Shown: positions 46,346-64,000 of the stretch, in pieces | How positions within the stretch are numbered: the first letter of the stretch is position 1 | Layout of the letters: every line of letters starts with the position of its first letter | Origin: Hormiphora californensis | Lineage: Eukaryota > Animalia > Ctenophora | Reading direction: 5' to 3' | Assembly: GCA_020137815.1 (NCBI GenBank) | Contig: CM035361.1 | Coordinates: 1,488,001-1,552,000, forward strand | DNA: 64,000 nucleotides | Position numbers and translations under genes: made by a program | Notes under the pieces: model-generated | What the model was told of the DNA's origin: nothing | What the model saw: only the letters and a program-made list of their open reading frames with translations | Databases searched by the model: none

Positions 46346-48486
46346 CATAGCGCTGGCAAGCGCCCGGGGCCCAATCCTCCCTCCCCCAACCACCCTTCCC
46401 TTAAAAATGTCCATTTCCAAGCATTCTTGCTTCCAGTGAATGGAAAATCGAAATTGCGAAAAAAAAATTTTTGAATTTTTTGAAAATTTTTGAAAATTTT
46501 GACAGCGCTACTATACCTATTGTCTGAAATCGGCAATTTCAACTTTGTTGTAGAAAACCTTCACGTTTGTCCTAGGAACTTGCCGCTTGGTAGTCGTGTT
46601 TGCCTTGACACCTAGAGCACACGTTCAAAATTTCATGCAAATCGGAGTTACGGTTTTTTACGTTACAGAGGGTCGTTATTTTATACAAAAATAAGTCCGT
46701 TTTTCGCGTCACGACAAGACCGTAAAATAAACCACTTTTTGCGTAGTTAATAGAGGCCAGAGTTTTAAGCTATCACCATGAAACTTTGGAGTCGGTAGTA
46801 GGTCTAGTGGTGTACCTTGTATTAAAGCTTGGACAGAGAAACGGAAGGTAAAACGGATGTCATAACAAAAAGTTATGACTCTGTCTTAAGTTTTCTTTGG
46901 CCGGTCTAAGACAGCCTTCCCGTCGTTCTACGAATACACCGCTTGGACGTGGTGGTTGTTGCCTTGACATCTTGAACAACGATCAAACTTTCAAGTAAAT
47001 CCGAGTCACGGTTCTTCAGTTACGGTCTGACTGTATTAAGAATTAAGACGATTTTCAATAAAACCTAGAAAAGAGCAAACTGAATAATAAATCAGATTTT
47101 ATCATTATATTTTCTGCCAAAGTAGTTCAACTGCTGTATTATCAGATATTTATTGGTAGTCATATCTGGATTTATGAGTCTTAAATTTAAGACGATTTTT
47201 AAAAAACACTAGAATGAAGCGATTCAGAGTCGTAAATTAACAATTGAATCAGATTTATTTTATAAAATTAAGTTATGCCGCATTTTCAGCTAATAATTGG
47301 TAGTCATAATCTAGGGTTATGACTGTCTTTAAATTTAAGACGATTTAAAAACACCTAGAATGAAGCGATTCAGAAGTCGAAATTAACATTTGAATCAGTT
47401 TTATTTATAAAATTAAGTTTACTGCCGCATTTTCAGCTATAATTGGTAGTCATATCTAGGGTTATGACAGTCTTAAATTTAAGACGATTTTAAAAACCAC
47501 CGAGAAAAGAGCGAATTAGCACCTCATTGTATCAGATATAATATCTGATTATCAATTAGTCACGGATAATGATCACGGATAAGCATTGATAAGGTGATCA
47601 TTATTCGTGACTAATAATCATAATCAGAAAATAATGCGGGAGAGAACCAATTGCAGATATCAATCGCTAATATCAATCGCTAATAACTAACCACGATATC
47701 ATATCGCGGAATAGAGTAAATATAAAGTAACCAATCGCGGATAGCTACGATAGAGGTAGCTGATCGCGATAACTTATAACGGATTCTGATCAGTTATCCG
47801 CGATTGGTGTCTGCGATTACTATCATATTAGATTTTCGCAATTGAATCCGAGATTGGATATCTGCGATAAATTGAAGCTACCTACAATTGTAAAAGTCTG
47901 TAAATCCCAAATCCGCGTTTATTAAATAAGCTAGTATTACAAAATACATGTCATAGTACTAAACAAATGCCTGATACTAGATCCAAAAACCAAAAAGTTT
48001 TGGTGGATAGCCGGGGCCGCAGAAATTAAAAAACATGCGGAAAGTTTTGATACATGAACTTTCGGGGCCTGGGGTGCTGTTAAATTCGCGTTTCATGATA
48101 GAACCCGCCGTTCTTTAAAAAACACACTATGATTCTGTTAAAACAGACTTGTAGATAACCTACTGTGACCCACTGTGTGCCAGTGCAGTCCAGCTTAGGG
48201 AGCATTTTCTCCAGGTTAAAACTTTGTTCGGCACGGGTGGTGTGTTGATTAGCCGATAGTTTTCCTGGCGTATAGTTTGAAATGGTGCGTTAGTTTGAAA
48301 AGTTGCTGGTGATAATCATGGCAGAACGCGAATTTAACAGCACCCCAGGCCCCGAAAGTTCATGTATCAAAACTTCGCCATGTTTTTTAAAATTTGCATG
48401 ATTGCGGCCCCGGCTATCCACCAAACTTGTTTGGTTTTTGGATCTAGTATCGCTATATATTTAGTCTGCCGGCATGCCAGCTATAG
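46346..48486. mobile_element. Complex non-coding repeat, probably a non-autonomous DNA element with a nested foldback MITE at 47973-48451
   Basis: Imperfect inverted ends catagcgctggcaagcgcccgg / ccggcatgccagctatag. Internal direct repeats at 46570-46670 vs 46935-47025, ~135-bp tandems at 47030-47510, and ~130-bp inverted arms at 47973-48100 / 48316-48451. Confidence 0.6.
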
Positions 48487-49314
48487 GATCATCAGTTTCG
48501 TAACAAACTTGTTGTTACGTGGGAACCTACTATAACCCAGCTCCAGAGATTAGAGAAGGACCCACTATAACCAGATCCAGAGATTAGAGAAGGGCCCACT
48601 ATAACGTACAGCTAGAAGCTGGCCCACTAACTGTCTCCCAATCCCACTCCATAACAATTAGTTCCTTACTCCTGTGTGAGGGGTGGTAGTAACTAGAACT
48701 GCACAGAGCGTCCTGTAAATTTAGTAATTTCACTATATCTGTCTGTTAGATGTCGTCTGGAGGACTCCACCGGCCGGGAAAGTGAGATGTGACACCATGT
48801 TCCTGTCTGAGAAATGACAGAGAGAGAGAGAGAGAGAGAGATTGTAAACATATTAATAGTAAGAGGGAGAAGGTGATGGTAGATAGAGTGAGCGTGGGGA
48901 AATAATCAACTGTGAGATTTGTTTTTGTTGTGAAATATGAAATCCCACCGTGTTACCGACTCTCCCAGGGCGCCTCCAGTTTATCCAATATAGGAGAGGT
49001 ATTAAATGTTTCGTTCTTTTGTTGTTCCATATGGATTAGAGGTAGTCTAAACAATTAAACCCGGGTTTATATGTAGCGGGTCACCCGCTGATATTTATTA
49101 AACGAAGTCAACATCAAGTGTTCCATGTAAATTAGGGGCAGTCTACAGTCACTCACTCTACAGCAAGTTTGCCTGCTTTCAATGAGGCTTTTTAGTTGCA
49201 ATAGTTGCCAATAGAATTATGTGTTCTTCGAGCTGAGTTAATTCCTATATTTAGCTTTGTACCTCTCCACTAGGTAGTAGGCTATTATTGTTTTTAGTAG
49301 GATACAATCTCCCC

Positions 49315-49419
<105 letters not shown>

Positions 49420-50473
49420 GTACACCGGAACCCTTTGTTCCGCTTGGCACCTCTCCCAGATACCCTGCACTCTCCTGTCTCAATTCTGAACAAGTACCCC
49501 CTCACAGTGCATGCAGCTGAGCTATTGACAGATACCCCTTCTCGATTCCCTCTTTTCTGATACAACTTACTTTATATGTGTTTCATAGGTATATCCTAGA
49601 TCGCCACAAGTCCGCTATGAGTCTTGGCATAGGGTAACTTTGTTTTGAAAAGACCTAAACATGTTTCTGATCCCCCTATCTCTCCATGTCCGCCCCTCAT
49701 TTCTTGTGTCTAGTACATGTGTCTGAGTTTAACCAGTCACTGGCTTTCTGTCTGGCACACGTTGCTGTAAACAGATCAGGAAGCTAGCAGGTAGGGGTCC
49801 TTATACTATGGAGGGAGGGGGACATTACTGTTAGAAGGGGAGGGGGTCTCTTTTTTTTCTTTTTTTTTTCTTCTTTTTTTCGTGTCTTCTCCGGGGGTCC
49901 TTGTTGCAGCAGTTTAGTTACAATAAGTTCAAATTGTCTTACTTTGTGTACTGATTGTAGTTGAGGGGGTCCAGTCTTGGGTATCATAGGGGGTCGAATA
50001 TTTACATACTTTGTTGAACGTTTTTAAAGTCCTTGGAAAGTCCAAGTAGCAAGTCCACTTCTGACTTCTTATGCTGGAACATTATTATTAATTTATAGGA
50101 TCTAGGATTGAGGATTGAATCCACTCTTGAGAACACCCCTCGCTTTGTTGGTCACTCCCTTCTATTCTCATTATTAAATTAGTTAATTGGGTCACTTGGA
50201 ATTTGCCACTCCTGTAATTACTGTGGGTGCTCCTTGATATCCTCTGTCCCTGTCCATGGTATCTCTCTCTCTCTCTCTCTATCCGGAACCTCTAGCCCTC
50301 TGTCTTCCTCCTCTCTCTCTCCTCTCTCTCCTCTCTCTCTCTCTCTACTCTCTCTCTCCTCTCTCTCTCTCTCTTCTCTCTCTACTCTCTCTCTCTCTCT
50401 ATGCCTCTCTCTCTCTCTCTCTCGTCTCTCTCTCTCTCTCGCTCTATCTCGCTCTCTCTCTCCCTCTCTCTCT

Positions 50474-50511
<38 letters not shown>

Positions 50512-51016
50512 TCTCTTCTCTCTCTTCTATCTCTCTCTATCTCTCTCTATCTCTTGCTATCTCTCACTCCCTCTATTTTCTACTGCTTCTCTCTCGGAAA
50601 TCAAGCTTCTTTTCCGACTCTATCCCTGTCTTGACAAATAACTCTCCCCCTCTTTCACCTAGGTATCTCTCCATCTATCTCTCCCTTCTCTCTCCCTCCT
50701 CTATCTCTATTCACACCTCTCATCTATCAGCAAATCTGTCAAGACCTTGTGAAGCTGGTGACCAGACGAAACCCCCCATCTCGAATTGCTGTCTCTATCA
50801 TTCCTACCATTCTCTCTTTCTCTCTCCAATATTTCCATCTTTCTCTCTCTTTCTCTCTCCAATATTTCCATCATTCTCTCTCTTTCTCTCTCTCCCACAT
50901 TCACACATATCTGTCTCACTAATTACTGATACAACTCTCTCAATTAGCCTCTAATTACATCCATTATCACATCTCCCCCACAGCTGATTAGCAACCCCGG
51001 TTATACCGTATAGCAC

Positions 51017-51095
51017 CACCACGTGATGTCAATCACGCTCTCCTATTGGCTGGTGACATGTCACGTGACAGCTCATCAGCGCTCTGATTGGTTGG
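51017..51095 (+). promoter_or_regulatory. Proximal promoter cluster: two CACGTG E-boxes and two inverted CCAAT boxes
   Basis: cacgtg at 51020, attgg at 51046, gtcacgtgac at 51060, gattgg at 51086; 130-200 nt upstream of the ATG at 51226. Confidence 0.55.
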
Positions 51096-51225
51096 AGAGA
51101 GGAGGAGAGAGTTGACCCCTAGGGGGCATGTAGAGAACGTACTCATCATTCAGTATTGACAGAATCTCGCTCTCTGTGTTGAACCCTCCTCTCTCTCTGT
51201 GCGATTGTTTGATCTCTTTGTGATA

Positions 51226-62752
<11,527 letters not shown>

Positions 62753-63309
62753 GGAGATATAGTTGATTTATCCCTTGATATATGGGATCAGTGGTTTAAA
62801 GTTGTGTTTGCAGTGCGGAGAGAGACAATAATTTTGATACCGAGATAATTGACAGCTGCTATTTGATTGGAAAAAGACAATTTCGCAGCTTTATCTGTTT
62901 ATTTATGAAATGTTTTGCCCGAATTGAATTCGCGGGGAGAAAATTATTATTTGGAGCCGAGAAAATAATGGATGGCAGTTGTTTGTTGGAAATGTGCTGA
63001 TTTGCTGCGGTTATTTTACTAGATCTCGGCAAGAGACGGTGTGTACATATATCATGTTTTGTTGTGTGTGTCTTACACACTTAAATTAATTTCCAAAATA
63101 ATGAAAAACGGCCTTTTCTTTATTTGAGAATGGAAACCTAACTCCTGCGGATCTGAGGGCCGTAGCTGAGCCCGGAAACATTGTCTCAGCTCACGAAAGA
63201 CTCGAGTACCGAATATTGGTAATTTTAGTCTTTAGTTTTTTGGCACTTGTCTGTCATTATCAGGTTCAGCTGTCAGTTGTCTAGACTCTAGCGTCGACAG
63301 ACAACTAAA

Positions 63310-63436
63310 GTGTAAGCGAAACAACAACGAACTGGCTGCGCGTCCCGCAACGTTGCGCATGTGAATCTCTCCGGTGAGATCGTTATGCGCAACGAATGCG
63401 CGACGCGCAGCCAGTTCGTTGTTGTTTCGCTTTCAC
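63310..63436. mobile_element. Palindromic mini-MITE
   Basis: ~50-bp inverted arms aagcgaaacaacaacgaactggctgcgcgtc / gacgcgcagccagttcgttgttgtttcgctt; flanked by CTAA and TTAA. Confidence 0.85.
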
Positions 63437-63804
63437 TTTAACGAACCGTCTCTTTATTATTTATTTATTGTCACTCTGACAGATGTTCTCCATTTGACAA
63501 CTTCCAGTCGCGCGCGTCAATGAGGCGCGTAGTTTTGCGCCAAGAAATCAACATAACAGTTACCGCGCGCTACTGCAAGTTGTGATTCTGGTTCACTACA
63601 GTGTAAGTTCCGGTGGAGAATATTGATGATACAGCTGGTAACGAGATGGGGCAGTGGGTCATAGAGGCAGTGATGGCATTATGGCAAATTGATTACAACC
63701 CCGACAATTTATACACAATGTCAACAAAGTTCCCCAAAATTCAATGGACTGTGAAACATATTCATTCCAAATCCAATCTGAATATTATGTAAACCTGTCA
63801 CTGG

Positions 63805-64000
63805 TGTGAAATTGAAGTGCTGGGTGTTTAACTGACTGAGGGTGATTGTAAGAAGGCAGGACCCATCTGCACGTGTTGCTATAGCAACAATAATCCACCC
63901 AGTTTGTAAGTTAGTTTGCACGTGCAGAACTTATCCCCCGCTCGCTTACTACATTTCGTTACGAATTTGAAGCTCTTCAACACACAAGAAACAGGACACG
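63805..64000 (+). promoter_or_regulatory. Promoter/5' UTR of another TM-CC cassette copy; ORF expected just past the window end
   Basis: Reverse complement of 41090-41275 (X-box GTTGCTATAGCAAC at 63875-63888, two CACGTG) and of the 5' UTR at 38560-38625. Confidence 0.8.

Overview
Gene-dense, intron-rich, repeat-rich animal genomic DNA. I infer a cydippid ctenophore (Pleurobrachia/Hormiphora-like) from the MITE families, the (GA)n load and the BTB family type; this is unverified. Recognisable genes: the 5' half of HECTD1 (minus, 12951 to 3465, continuing off the left edge), a NET-family (NocA/Elbow/ZNF503-703-like) zinc-finger gene (17913-23386) and HNRNPL (30654-36742). HECTD1 introns hold an antisense SV2/SVOP-like MFS transporter gene, which itself carries a 5'-truncated RT/RNase H LINE, and an antisense Lys/Pro-rich ORF. 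Less ordinary content: (i) a 3.6-kb TIR- and TSD-bounded composite DNA transposon carrying an intact intronless BTB gene plus a spliced USP-like fragment (24422-28061); (ii) an amplifying cassette made of an RFX X-box/E-box promoter, an orphan transmembrane + coiled-coil ORF, GATTTTAC repeats and a ~270-nt multi-hairpin terminus (several copies at 36963-41280, another starting at the right edge); (iii) three tandem tiny orphan genes with an operon/trans-splice-like layout (41759-45935); (iv) tandem duplications of splice junctions that create arrays of decoy splice sites; (v) a 5-exon orphan gene (51226-62752) with an IER/SERTA-like helix and intronic CArG+ETS elements. Many MITEs (Tc1/mariner, Kolobok-like, hAT-like) and microsatellites fill the rest. 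All gene models were built by hand from GT-AG phase matching; no database searches were possible.
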